From: Prevotella sp.
GTDB lineage: Bacteria > Bacteroidota > Bacteroidia > Bacteroidales > Bacteroidaceae
Length of the DNA: 64,000 bases
Direction: 5' to 3'
NCBI GenBank assembly: GCA_017619275.1
Contig: JAFZSR010000090.1
Coordinates: forward strand, 6,945 to 70,944
The notes below the pieces were generated by a model that searched no databases, was not told the DNA's origin, and was given only the letters and a program-made list of their open reading frames with translations. Shown here piece by piece: positions 38,753 through 48,657 of this stretch (positions are counted from its first letter, which is position 1; every line of letters begins with the position of its first letter). Made by a program: the position numbers and the translations under genes.

Positions 38753-38764
38753 TATTCCAATACT

Positions 38765-39997
38765 ATGGACACCAAGCAAATCAGCATCAGCGATTATAAC
38801 TACGAATTGCCCGACGAGCGGATAGCCAAGTTCCCCGTCACGCCCCGCGACCACTCGCGTCTGCTCGTCAGCCGTGGGGGCACTATCATCGACGACCATT
38901 TCTATAACCTTGCCCAGTATCTGCCCGAAGGCTCGCTCATGGTGTTCAACAACACCAAGGTCATCCGCGCCCGCATGCTCTTCCACAAGTCCACAGGCGC
39001 CCTCATCGAGGTGTTCCTGCTCGAACCATATGTCCCCGCCGACTACGAGCAGATGTTCCAGGCACGCGGTAGATGCTCCTGGCTTTGTATGGTGGGCAAC
39101 CTGAAGAAGTGGAAGGAGGGGCGCTTGGAGCGCACGATAACCCTTGGCACGGATTTTACTAGCACCATCACCGCCGAGCGGGGCCAGATGGTGGGCACCA
39201 GCCACATCATCGATTTTGAGTGGAGTGGGGGACATTCCTTTGCCGAGATATTGGAGGCCGCCGGCCAATTGCCCATCCCTCCCTATCTGAACCGCGAGAC
39301 CCAGCAGAGCGACCTCACCACCTATCAGACCGTCTATTCCAAGGTGAAGGGCAGCGTGGCGGCTCCCACCGCCGGACTCCATTTCACGCCCGAGGTGCTT
39401 TCCACCCTCGACGCCCACGGCATCGACCGCGAAGAGCTCACCCTGCATGTGGGCGCCGGAACGTTCAAACCCGTGAAGAGCCAGCACATGGGCGACCACG
39501 AGATGCATACCGAGCATGTGGCTGTGCGACGTCAGACGCTACAGAAGCTCCTCGACCATGAGTGCCTGGCCACCGCAGTGGGCACCACCAGCGTGCGCAC
39601 CCTTGAGAGCCTCTACTACATGGGCCTGAAGGTGATGGCCCGCCCCGATATTTCCGAAGAGCAGTTGCACGTGGCCCAGTGGGAGCCTTACGACCTGCCC
39701 GTCGCTACCATGAACCCCAGCCGCCAGCAGGTGTGCCAAGCCATCCAGGCCCTGTTGCAATGGCTCGATGCCCGCCAGTTGCCCACCCTCCACTCATCTA
39801 CGCAAATCATCATCGCGCCGGGCTACGAGTTCAAAATCGTGTGCCGACTCATCACCAACTTCCACCAGCCACAATCCACGCTCCTGCTCCTCGTGAGCGC
39901 CTTCACGCATGGCGATTGGCGTGCCATCTACAACCATGCCCTCGCCACCGGCTACCGCTTCCTCAGCTATGGCGACAGCTCTATACTTTTTAGGTGA
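38765..39997 (+). CDS. queA: S-adenosylmethionine:tRNA ribosyltransferase-isomerase
   Basis: VFNNTKVI, PIPPYL, GSVAAPTAGLHFT, LHVGAGTF, TNFHQP and YRFLSYGD. Confidence 0.96.
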   Translation: MDTKQISISDYNYELPDERIAKFPVTPRDHSRLLVSRGGTIIDDHFYNLAQYLPEGSLMVFNNTKVIRARMLFHKSTGALIEVFLLEPYVPADYEQMFQARGRCSWLCMVGNLKKWKEGRLERTITLGTDFTSTITAERGQMVGTSHIIDFEWSGGHSFAEILEAAGQLPIPPYLNRETQQSDLTTYQTVYSKVKGSVAAPTAGLHFTPEVLSTLDAHGIDREELTLHVGAGTFKPVKSQHMGDHEMHTEHVAVRRQTLQKLLDHECLATAVGTTSVRTLESLYYMGLKVMARPDISEEQLHVAQWEPYDLPVATMNPSRQQVCQAIQALLQWLDARQLPTLHSSTQIIIAPGYEFKIVCRLITNFHQPQSTLLLLVSAFTHGDWRAIYNHALATGYRFLSYGDSSILFR

Positions 39998-40098
39998 GAA
40001 GGGAGAAGTGATAAGTATGGTTACACTTTTCACTTCTCCCTTCTTCCTTAACTAACCACACTTCTCACTTCTCACCCCTCACCTCTCACCTCTCACTT
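39992..40098. repeat. Inverted plus tandem 7-bp repeat cluster
   Basis: AGAAGGGAGAAGTGA (39997-40011) pairs with TCACTTCTCCCTTCT (40030-40044), followed by about six CACYYCT units. Confidence 0.8.
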
Positions 40099-40103
40099 AA
40101 GAA

Positions 40104-40721
40104 ATGTCTATTCCTCCAATCATTCAAGTAGGCGACGTGTTGTTGTCGTCCGATATTTTCACTGAAGAGTTCTGCTGCGACCTCTCCACCTGCCACGGTG
40201 CTTGTTGCATCGAAGGCGATGCGGGTGCGCCTGTGACGCTCGACGAGGTGATGGCCATCGAGGATAGCCTCGATGCGGTGTGGCCCCAGTTGCATGCCTC
40301 GGCACAAGCCGTCATCGACCGCCAGGGCGTGGCCTATACCGACCGCGATGGCGACCTCGTCACCAGCATCGTAGGGGGGAAGGATTGTGTTTTTACCTGC
40401 TACGACGATCTTACTGTGGATGATGACACCACCGTTCCCCAGTGCTGCCTCTGTGCACTGGAGTGCGCTCATCGCCAAGGACTTACCTCATTTTGCAAAC
40501 CCATCAGTTGCGCTCTTTATCCCATTCGCGAAAAAACGTTTAGCGACGGAAGCGTAGGCCTGAACTATCATCAATGGGCCATTTGCGAGGGTGCACGCCT
40601 CCGTGGGCGCCAGTTGCACCTCCCTCTTTATCGTTTTTTGAAAGAGCCTTTGGTGCGCCGTTTCGGGCAAGAATGGTACGACGAACTTTGCCAAGTTGCA
40701 CAAGCCCTTATGAAGGGGTGA
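40104..40721 (+). CDS. DUF3109 family Cys-rich protein
   Basis: FCCDLSTCHGACCIEGDAGAP, KPISCALYPIR and LYRFLKEPLVRRFG. Confidence 0.85.
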   Translation: MSIPPIIQVGDVLLSSDIFTEEFCCDLSTCHGACCIEGDAGAPVTLDEVMAIEDSLDAVWPQLHASAQAVIDRQGVAYTDRDGDLVTSIVGGKDCVFTCYDDLTVDDDTTVPQCCLCALECAHRQGLTSFCKPISCALYPIREKTFSDGSVGLNYHQWAICEGARLRGRQLHLPLYRFLKEPLVRRFGQEWYDELCQVAQALMKG

Positions 40722-40749
40722 TTTAGCGAAAAGGCCACCACTAGTTTTC

Positions 40750-40812
40750 TATTTCAAAGCATGAAATATGTATTTCATGGCTTGAGACATGTATTTCACG
40801 GCTTGAAATATG
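40750..40812. repeat. 3 x 21-bp tandem palindromic repeat
   Basis: TATTTCAAAGCATGAAATATG / TATTTCATGGCTTGAGACATG / TATTTCACGGCTTGAAATATG. Confidence 0.85.
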
Positions 40813-40907
40813 TAAATTACGACATAAAATAGAGAAGCAGCAGTTACTTAGCACTTTAATTTGGGCGGTGGAGACTTTTTGCGGATAATGCAGGGGCTTC
40901 TCTCAAC

Positions 40908-40944
40908 TTTGCAACCAAGTTGCAAAATTCTCTTTGTATCTTTG
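40908..40944 (+). promoter_or_regulatory. Promoter of the metal ATPase with overlapping palindromic operator
   Basis: Perfect inverted repeat TTTGCAAC-CAA-GTTGCAAA (40908-40926) just upstream of -7 TATCTTTG (40937-40944). Confidence 0.7.
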
Positions 40945-40975
40945 CACCCGAATAAGAAACAAAACCAAAGATACA

Positions 40976-42934
40976 ATGGCAGATCATCATCACCACGAAC
41001 ATCATCATCATGATGAGCACGAGCATCACCACGAGGGCGGTCAGCGCCATCGGCTGGTGCTCATCGTTGTTTCGGCATTGCTCCTGGCGGGTGCCGTGCT
41101 GATAGAGCACCTAGGCGCCCTCAACACCTGGCAATTGCTCTTGGTCTATCTCGTCCCTTATCTCTTGGTGGGTCACGAAACGCTTCACGAGGCATGGGAA
41201 GGCATCTGCGAGGGAGACATGTTCAACGAGCACTTCCTGATGGCGGTGGCCACCTTGGGTGCGCTGGCCATTGGCTTCCTGCCCGGTGCAGAAAATCAGT
41301 TTGCCGAGGCGGTCTTCGTGATGTTGTTCTTTCAGGTGGGCGAACTCTTCGAGGGCTATGCCGAGGGCAAAAGCCGTCAGAGCATCACGCATCTGATGAA
41401 CATCCGCCCCGACGTGGCAAGGGTTGAAGCGTCGGTAGAGGGAGCCGTGGCTAAAGAGTTGATGGTGAGCCCCGATGACGTGGAGGTAGGCTCCATCATC
41501 GTAGTAAAGCCTGGCGAGAAGATTCCCCTCGATGGAATCGTGGTAGAAGGACGTTCGGCCCTGAATACGGTGGCGCTCACGGGCGAGTCGATGCCCCGCC
41601 AGGTGGCTGAGGGCGACGAGGTGGTGTCAGGGTGCGTCAACCTCTCGGGGATGCTTCGCGTGCGTACCACGAAAGTTTTTGGCGAGAGCACCGTATCGAA
41701 AATCATCAAACTGGTGGAGAGCGCTGGCGAACACAAGTCGAAAAGCGAGGCCTTCATCACCCGCTTCGCCCGCATCTACACGCCCGTGGTAGTGGTGTTA
41801 GCGTTGCTCCTGGCCGCCGTGCCCACGCTCTGGAACGCCGTTCAAGGCGCGCCGTTCAACGTGCAATGGATCTATCGCGCCCTTATGTTCCTAGTGGTGA
41901 GTTGTCCCTGCGCCTTGGTCATCAGCGTACCGCTCACGTTCTTCGGAGGCATTGGAGGTGCTTCGCGCCGAGGCATCTTGGTGAAGGGCGCCAATTATCT
42001 CGATGTGCTGGCAAAGGTGCGCACCGTGGTGTTCGATAAGACGGGCACGCTCACCGAGGGGCGCTTTGCCGTGAGCGCCGTGCATCCCGATGCTTGCAAC
42101 GAGCATCAGTTGCTCCATCTGGCCGCCCATGTAGAGCACTTCAGCACACATCCAGTGGGAGCCGCCCTGCGTGATGCTTTCCCCGACGAGGCCACGGACG
42201 GGTGCCCCGTCAGCGAGGTGGAAGAGGTGGCAGGAAAGGGTGTCAAGGCCCGCGTGGGCGACAACGTGCTGAGTGTGGGCAATACCAAGATGATGGATGC
42301 CGTGGGCGCCAAGTGGCATCATTGCGACAACGATGAGGGCACGGTGATCCATGTGGCCATCGACGGTGACTATGCCGGGCACATCGTCATCAGCGACCGC
42401 ATGAAGGACGATAGCGCCGAGGCCGTGGCTCGGTTGAGGGAGATGGGCGTGAAGAAGATGGTGATGCTCACCGGCGACCGCACGGATGTGGCGGCTCGCG
42501 TGGCCCGGAGTGTGGGCGTCGACGAATATCATGCCGAACTGATGCCCGATGAAAAGGTGGAGTTGGTGGGCAACGAGCAAGAAACACCCTTGGCCTTTGT
42601 GGGCGATGGCATCAACGATGCGCCCGTCTTGGCTCGTGCCGATGTGGGGGTGGCCATGGGAGGCTTGGGAAGCGACGCCGCCATCGAGGCCGCCGATGTA
42701 GTGCTAATGGACGACCGTCCTACGAAGATAGCCACAGCCATTGCCATCGCCCGTAGGACGCTGGCCATCGCTCGTCAGAACGTGGCATTTGCTATTGGTG
42801 TGAAAGTGCTGGTGCTGGTGCTCGCCGCTCTGGGCTTGGCCACCATGTGGATGGCGGTCTTTGCCGATGTGGGCGTCACGGTGCTCGCCGTGCTCAATGC
42901 CATGCGGGCACTTTCTTACAAGCCTTCGCGATAA
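40976..42934 (+). CDS. cadA: Heavy-metal (Zn/Cd-type) P1B ATPase
   Basis: His-rich N-terminus, TGES, SCPC, DKTGTLT, HP and GDGINDAP. Start placed at ATG 40976, downstream of the promoter. Confidence 0.9.
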   Translation: MADHHHHEHHHHDEHEHHHEGGQRHRLVLIVVSALLLAGAVLIEHLGALNTWQLLLVYLVPYLLVGHETLHEAWEGICEGDMFNEHFLMAVATLGALAIGFLPGAENQFAEAVFVMLFFQVGELFEGYAEGKSRQSITHLMNIRPDVARVEASVEGAVAKELMVSPDDVEVGSIIVVKPGEKIPLDGIVVEGRSALNTVALTGESMPRQVAEGDEVVSGCVNLSGMLRVRTTKVFGESTVSKIIKLVESAGEHKSKSEAFITRFARIYTPVVVVLALLLAAVPTLWNAVQGAPFNVQWIYRALMFLVVSCPCALVISVPLTFFGGIGGASRRGILVKGANYLDVLAKVRTVVFDKTGTLTEGRFAVSAVHPDACNEHQLLHLAAHVEHFSTHPVGAALRDAFPDEATDGCPVSEVEEVAGKGVKARVGDNVLSVGNTKMMDAVGAKWHHCDNDEGTVIHVAIDGDYAGHIVISDRMKDDSAEAVARLREMGVKKMVMLTGDRTDVAARVARSVGVDEYHAELMPDEKVELVGNEQETPLAFVGDGINDAPVLARADVGVAMGGLGSDAAIEAADVVLMDDRPTKIATAIAIARRTLAIARQNVAFAIGVKVLVLVLAALGLATMWMAVFADVGVTVLAVLNAMRALSYKPSR

Positions 42935-43971
42935 AAGTCGAGTGATTCAATGATTTCGGCATCCGTGGCCGTTTGGTTCAAAGCCAACTGGCCTACGTCA
43001 CTCAGCAGGGTGAAGTTAATTTGCCCTGCTGTGTTTTTCTTGTCGTGGGTCATCAGCTTCAAAAGGGTGGGATAGTCGTCGCAAACGATGTTGATGTGGC
43101 CGTAGTGCTCGGTGATGAAACGCACCACTTGGCGCATCGTAGCCACTGGGAATCCCATCTTGATGCAACACAGATAGAGCTCGCACGCCAAGCCCGCCGC
43201 AACGGCATAGCCGTGGAGCACGGGCTGGCCCTTCGAAAGGGCGAAAGCCTCAAAGGCATGGCCCACGGTATGCCCCAGGTTCAAGGCCTTGCGAAGCCCT
43301 TGCTCCAAGGGGTCTTCACTCACGATACGTTGCTTCACCGCTACGCTCTCGCTCACCATTCGTCCCAGGAGCGGGAGGTCGGGGCTTTCGATATCGAAAG
43401 CCAGGTGTTGGCGAAGCATCTCGGGCGTTGAGATGAGCGCGTGCTTCAGCATCTCGGCATAGCCCGAAAGCAGGTTCTCACGGTCGAGGGTGCGCAAGAA
43501 ATTGGTGTCAAGGATGACGCACTCGGCATTGCGGAAGACGCCTATCTCGTTCTTCAACCCTCCGAAGTTGAAGCCCGTCTTCCCGCCCACCGAGGCATCG
43601 ACCATGGCGAGCAGAGTGGTGGGAATGTTGATGAATGCCATCCCGCGCTTGAAGGTGCTGGCGGCAAAGCCCGCCAAGTCGGTCACCATGCCTCCCCCAA
43701 GGTTCACCACCAGCGAGTGGCGGGTGGCTCCCAAGCGTTGTAGTTCGCTCCAAACGTATTCCACGGTGTCTAGCATCTTGTGCTCGTCGCCGGGCTTGAT
43801 GACGATGTGCTGGGCATCGGCCAGACAGGCAAAGCCACTCACCAAAGGCCAGCAGAGCCGATGGGTGGTGTCGTCGGTAATGACAATCAAGCGGTCGGCA
43901 TGGCAAGCCGCGATGGCCTCGGCAAGCACCGGCTCGATGCGGTCGGCAAGAATCACTTTCTGTTCGTCCAT
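42916..43971 (-). CDS. aroB: 3-dehydroquinate synthase
   Basis: LGGGMVTDLAGF, PTTLLAMVDASVGGKTG, LNLGHTVGHA and DKKN. Confidence 0.96.
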   Translation of the reverse strand: MDEQKVILADRIEPVLAEAIAACHADRLIVITDDTTHRLCWPLVSGFACLADAQHIVIKPGDEHKMLDTVEYVWSELQRLGATRHSLVVNLGGGMVTDLAGFAASTFKRGMAFINIPTTLLAMVDASVGGKTGFNFGGLKNEIGVFRNAECVILDTNFLRTLDRENLLSGYAEMLKHALISTPEMLRQHLAFDIESPDLPLLGRMVSESVAVKQRIVSEDPLEQGLRKALNLGHTVGHAFEAFALSKGQPVLHGYAVAAGLACELYLCCIKMGFPVATMRQVVRFITEHYGHINIVCDDYPTLLKLMTHDKKNTAGQINFTLLSDVGQLALNQTATDAEIIESLDFYREGL

Positions 43972-43977
43972 GTGCGT

Positions 43978-46554
43978 TTATGCTTTCTCGAATGTAAGTT
44001 CTTCTTTTTCAGGATGCTTATCAATCTTTATGAGCGTGCCGGAGGGAATCTCCTCGTTGATGATGAGCTCACAGATGCCGTCCTCGACATAGTTCTGAAG
44101 GGCGCGCTTTAGGGGGCGAGCGCCAAATTGCACGTCGTAGCCCTTGGTGGCCACGAACTCCTTAGCCTCGTTGCTCAACTCCACCTGATAGCCCAAGTCG
44201 TTGATGCGCTTCAAGAGGGGTTTCAGCTCCACGTTCACAATCTTCTTGATGGCTTCGAGGTCGAGCTGGTCAAAAGTGATGATTTCATCGAGCCTATTCA
44301 AGAATTCGGGCGAGAATTGCTTCGACAGCGCCTTTTGCACAATGCTCCGGGCGTGCTCGCGGTCTTGCTCGTTCATGGCCAGCCCGGCGTTGCCGGCGGT
44401 GAATCCTACACCTCGTCCAAAGTCCTTCAATTGGCGGGTGCCCGCATTGCTGGTCATGATGATAACGGTGTTGCGGAAATCCACAAAACGCCCGTTTCCA
44501 TCGGTGAGTCGGCCCTCGTCGAGCACTTGTAGCAAGAGGTTGAAAACGTTGCCGTGGGCTTTCTCAATCTCGTCTAAAAGCACGATGCTATAGGGCTTGC
44601 GGCGCACGCGCTCGGTCAGCTGGCCGCCTTCCTCATAGCCCACGTAGCCCGGAGGCGCTCCGATGAGACGGCTCACATTGAACGACTCGGTGTATTCCGA
44701 CATGTCGACGCGGATGAGGGCATCGGGCGAACCGAACATAAACTCGGCAAGCTTCTTGGCCAGGTAGGTCTTGCCCACGCCCGTGGGGCCCAGAAACATA
44801 AAGGCTCCGATGGGGTGGTTGGGGTCTTTCAATCCCACGCGATTACGCTGGATGGCACGCACCATCTTGTCGATGGCCTTGTCTTGTGCAATGACGTTCT
44901 GCTTCAGCTCTTGGGCCATGCCCTTCAGGCGTATGCCCTCGCTCTCAGCCATACGTTGAACGGGAACGCCGCTCATCATCGACACCACGCCTGCCACTTC
45001 TTCCTCGGTCACGGTCTGACGGTCGTCCGTGTTTCCGCTCTGCCACTCCAGGGTGAGCTTTGCCAGGTCGGCCTCCAACTCCGTTTGTCGGTCGCGATAG
45101 CTGGCGGCGAGCTCGAAGTTTTGTCCGCGCACGGCATTTTGCTTGCGCTCTTTCACGCGGTCCAGCTCCTTCTCCTTCTCGGTAATCTCCGGTGGAATGG
45201 TGCCATTCTTCAAATGTACGCGCGAGCCGGTCTCGTCCATGGCATCGATGGCCTTGTCGGGGAAGGCACGGTCGGCGATGTAGCGCTCTGTCAATTTGAC
45301 ACAAGCCAGAATGGCATCGTCGGTAAACTCCACGTGATGGTGGCGCTCATAGCGGTCCTTGATGTTGTGAAGGATGGTGAGCGTTTCGTCGGCGGTGGTA
45401 GGTTCAATCAACACCTTTTGGAAACGACGTTCCAAAGCACCATCTTTCTCGATGGAATTGCGATATTCGTCGAGTGTGGTGGCTCCGATGCATTGGATGG
45501 TTCCGCGTGCCAGGGCGGGCTTCATAATGTTGGCGGCATCCATGGCTCCAGCCGAACCTCCCGCACCAATGATGGTGTGAATCTCGTCGATAAATACAAT
45601 AATATCAGGATTTTGCTCCAATTCTTTTAATAAAGCCTTGATGCGCTCTTCGAACTGACCGCGATATTTCGTTCCGGCCACGATGCCCGTCATATCGAGG
45701 TTAACCAGCCTTTTGCCGAAGAACATGGGCGAGCACTTGCGCTGGGCAATGAGTTGAGCCAGGCCTTCCACGATGGCGCTCTTACCCACACCGGGGTCGC
45801 CGATGAGGATGGGATTGTTCTTCTTGCGTCGTCCCAATATTTCGAGCACGCGTTGTGTCTCGCGCTCACGACCCACGATGGGATCGAGCTTTTGCTCCAG
45901 GGCGGCCTTGGTCAGGTCGGTGGAGAAATTGTCGAGCACGGGCGTTTTACTCTTTTGTTTCTGAGCGGTTTGCGTTTTAGAAGCGGCATTTCCATTCCCC
46001 ACGGAATCTTCGGACGAAGCATCGTCGAATTCTTCGTCTTCATCGGGCAAACTGATGCCATCTTGTGGCGTAGATGTGCGGGGGGGCTGGCTCTCATCGG
46101 AGTCGGTTGTGCCCTTCTGCTGAGCCTTTAGGAGGCTCAATACGTCGTCGTAGTTCATGTCGTTCTTTTCGAGTATTTGTTTAGCTCCGTTGTTCACCTG
46201 GTCGTGGAGAATGGCCAGAAGCAGGTGCTGGTCGTCAACGCGTTGTTGTCGTTGGATGCGGGCTTCGAGCACGGCTAGTTTCAAGATGTTTGAAGCGCGC
46301 TCGTTGAGCACCAGCTCGCGGGTGTTGATAGGCCTCAGGATGTCATCTTGTCGCACTTTCGATTCCAGTTCGTATTTCAATTGTGGAATGTTCAGCCTGA
46401 GGCGGCGGAACACATCGATGACGGGGCCGTCGGTCATTCGGAGCAAGCCCAAGAGCAGATGCTCAGGCCCAACGGAGCTTGAGGCCAAGCGTGCTGCTTC
46501 CTCGCGTGAGAAAGATAGTATCTCGGAAACCTTCGGCGAAAACTGACTTGTCAT
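43978..46554 (-). CDS. clpC: ATP-dependent Clp protease ATP-binding subunit ClpC
   Basis: Clp-N domain, two Walker A motifs ([16 protein letters not shown]), UVR-like middle region and GARPL. Confidence 0.95.
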   Translation of the reverse strand: MTSQFSPKVSEILSFSREEAARLASSSVGPEHLLLGLLRMTDGPVIDVFRRLRLNIPQLKYELESKVRQDDILRPINTRELVLNERASNILKLAVLEARIQRQQRVDDQHLLLAILHDQVNNGAKQILEKNDMNYDDVLSLLKAQQKGTTDSDESQPPRTSTPQDGISLPDEDEEFDDASSEDSVGNGNAASKTQTAQKQKSKTPVLDNFSTDLTKAALEQKLDPIVGRERETQRVLEILGRRKKNNPILIGDPGVGKSAIVEGLAQLIAQRKCSPMFFGKRLVNLDMTGIVAGTKYRGQFEERIKALLKELEQNPDIIVFIDEIHTIIGAGGSAGAMDAANIMKPALARGTIQCIGATTLDEYRNSIEKDGALERRFQKVLIEPTTADETLTILHNIKDRYERHHHVEFTDDAILACVKLTERYIADRAFPDKAIDAMDETGSRVHLKNGTIPPEITEKEKELDRVKERKQNAVRGQNFELAASYRDRQTELEADLAKLTLEWQSGNTDDRQTVTEEEVAGVVSMMSGVPVQRMAESEGIRLKGMAQELKQNVIAQDKAIDKMVRAIQRNRVGLKDPNHPIGAFMFLGPTGVGKTYLAKKLAEFMFGSPDALIRVDMSEYTESFNVSRLIGAPPGYVGYEEGGQLTERVRRKPYSIVLLDEIEKAHGNVFNLLLQVLDEGRLTDGNGRFVDFRNTVIIMTSNAGTRQLKDFGRGVGFTAGNAGLAMNEQDREHARSIVQKALSKQFSPEFLNRLDEIITFDQLDLEAIKKIVNVELKPLLKRINDLGYQVELSNEAKEFVATKGYDVQFGARPLKRALQNYVEDGICELIINEEIPSGTLIKIDKHPEKEELTFEKA

Positions 46555-46762
46555 CTTGTGTCTTATTACCTTAAATAATTCATAAAACCAACATGCAAAA
46601 GGCGTGCCAAAAATGCGCTCAAGGGTGATGGCATCCCCTCAAAACCCTAATTTTTGGTATTTTCAACATTCCGACCATACCGAAAAATGATGATTTTGCT
46701 CACAAACCCTTGCGAGTATCAAGCGAATTGCTTATTTTTGCATTCGCTAATACGATAATATT

Positions 46763-47728
46763 ATGAAGCAACTGAAGATGTATGAGGCCGACGACAAGAT
46801 GATCAACCTCATTCGCGATAACTACGACCTCCTGCAGATGTTGGGCGCATTTGGCATCAACTTGGGGTTTGGCGATAAAACGGTTCGTGAGACTTGTAAT
46901 GACAACGATGTGGACACCTACACCTTCTTGGTTGTGGTGAATTTCACCATCAATGGCTATGGCTCTTCGGAAGACGACGAGCAGCTGAGCATCCCAACCT
47001 TGATGCATTATCTGGAAGCCAGCCACGCCTATTATCTTGATTTCCAGCTCCCTTTCATTCGTCGTGAGTTGGAAGAGAGCCTCAATCCCGACGATTCGTT
47101 GGGTCAACTCATCTTGCGCTTCTACGATGAGTATGCCCATGAGATTCGCCGTCACATGCAATATGAGCAACGCGTACTTTTCCCGTATGTGCAGGGACTT
47201 ATCAACGGGAAACCTACGAATGGTGACTACAACATTGAAACTTTTTCGCGCCAACATGGCGAAGCCGACAAAAAGCTTCGCGAGTTGAAGTTGCTTATCA
47301 TCAAATACTTGCCCAGCGACGGGCTACACAACAATAAACTCACGGCATGTCTGCACGACATCTATCATAACGAGGCTTGGCTGCGCCAACACGGGCAGGT
47401 GGAGGACCACATTTTCGTGCCGGCCATCCGTAGGCTGGAGCGCAAGCTTCAGCAAAGTGATGTGACAAAGAACATTACGGAGATGGTGTTCAAAAATGGG
47501 GTGGGGCAGAGTCAGGACGCATTGAGCGAGCGCGAAAAAGACGTCATCGTGGCCCTGGTGCAGGGAATGGCCAACAAAGAGATTGCCGACCATCTATGTA
47601 TCTCGGTGAACACCGTCATCACCCACCGTCGCAACATAGCCCGAAAATTGCAAATACACTCTCCGGCCGGACTCACCATCTATGCCATTGTCAATGGGTT
47701 GGTCGACATCAGTAGCGTAAAGCTCTGA
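46763..47728 (+). CDS. RIC/hemerythrin-like domain fused to LuxR HTH
   Basis: N-terminus resembles ScdA/YtfE, with His/Glu ligand-like motifs (H.YY, HMQYE, H..VEDH) and C-terminal LSEREKDV...NKEIADHLCISVNTVITHRRN. -7 TATTTTTG at 46733-46740. Confidence 0.85.
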   Translation: MKQLKMYEADDKMINLIRDNYDLLQMLGAFGINLGFGDKTVRETCNDNDVDTYTFLVVVNFTINGYGSSEDDEQLSIPTLMHYLEASHAYYLDFQLPFIRRELEESLNPDDSLGQLILRFYDEYAHEIRRHMQYEQRVLFPYVQGLINGKPTNGDYNIETFSRQHGEADKKLRELKLLIIKYLPSDGLHNNKLTACLHDIYHNEAWLRQHGQVEDHIFVPAIRRLERKLQQSDVTKNITEMVFKNGVGQSQDALSEREKDVIVALVQGMANKEIADHLCISVNTVITHRRNIARKLQIHSPAGLTIYAIVNGLVDISSVKL

Positions 47729-47740
47729 GCATAAGGTGCT

Positions 47741-48340
47741 TCAAATCTTGTTGATGTCAACGTAGCCGTGCATCACCGCATAGATGGTGAGCGCGCTGAC
47801 GCTTCTCACTCCCAGTTTCTCCATGATGTTTTTCCGATGGGTCACCACGGTGGATAGCCCAATGTGCAACTGGTCGGCTATCTGCTTGTTGATGTAACCC
47901 TTCACGATGAGCACCATCACTTCGGCCTCGCGATCGCTCAAGATGGGTTGTTGCTGAGCATTTGTGGCCATAGGTGGCAGGTTTTTCCCTCCAGCATGTG
48001 CATGCTGCTCCAAGGCGATGAAAGCGCGTATGAGTTGTCTTTCGGGAACGGCGGTGCAAATGCAATTGAAATCATGAAGCTGTCGCCCTTCGTCGGTCGA
48101 TGTTGTCAGCACAATGGTTTTATGCTTGTGGGCCATGAAAAAAGCTCTGTGCTCCAGCACGATGTTCATCGCCACGAAATAATGTACAAATCGTTGGGGC
48201 TGGTTGGCTTCGAGTTCCGCCATTGAGCCGAACAATTCCACCTCGGCAATGGGCATGATGGTTTGGAGCAAATGCTTCAACCCCAAGGCTGCCAATGTGT
48301 TGGAGTCTAAAACGGCAATATCCAAAGATGGCTTTTCCAT
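47741..48340 (-). CDS. LuxR family regulator with degenerate receiver-like N-terminus
   Basis: LSDREAEV...NKQIADQLHIGLSTVVTHRKN. No Asp at the expected phosphoacceptor strand. Confidence 0.88.
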   Translation of the reverse strand: MEKPSLDIAVLDSNTLAALGLKHLLQTIMPIAEVELFGSMAELEANQPQRFVHYFVAMNIVLEHRAFFMAHKHKTIVLTTSTDEGRQLHDFNCICTAVPERQLIRAFIALEQHAHAGGKNLPPMATNAQQQPILSDREAEVMVLIVKGYINKQIADQLHIGLSTVVTHRKNIMEKLGVRSVSALTIYAVMHGYVDINKI

Positions 48341-48475
48341 AATCGGCTACAAAATTAGCAATAAAATGTTGAATTTTGGCGGTTTTCTTTGCAATCTTCC
48401 TTAAAAAACATTAATTAAATTTCATTTGTGAATCGATTTCCTTGCAGAACAGGATTTTTTCTGTATATTTGCAAT

Positions 48476-48610
48476 GTGTTTTTCATGGTATTAGATTATT
48501 AAGGTTAATTTCTGAAGATTGTGTGTCGTGAGACAGATAATTTTCACGCAAACGCTTACCAACTACTTGGGTAAGTGAAAAAAGGGAGCCTGCGAAGGTT
48601 CCCTTTCCTT
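48476..48610 (+). ncRNA. Candidate Bacteroidales small RNA (possibly GibS-like)
   Basis: Own promoter (TTG 48442, TATATTTG 48464-48471), an AU-rich 5' arm GTGTTTTTCATGGTATTAGATTATTAAGGTTAA, two hairpins and a terminator AAGGGAGCC/GGTTCCCTT. No ORF. The family assignment is from recall only. Confidence 0.55.
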
Positions 48611-48657
48611 GTTGTCTCCGCCGAAATGGAGCGGAGGATTAATGTTCTTTTCAATCT

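Noticed and set aside
42916-42934. 19-bp convergent overlap of cadA and aroB
   Set aside because: Short 3' overlaps are common and both proteins look complete.
46080-46086. G7 tract in clpC as a phase-variation site
   Set aside because: The reading frame is intact in a conserved gene, and the tract lies in a Pro-coding linker.
46641-46696. Possible LuxR operator upstream of the hemerythrin-LuxR gene
   Set aside because: Only weak imperfect symmetry in AT-rich DNA; cannot be supported without comparative data.
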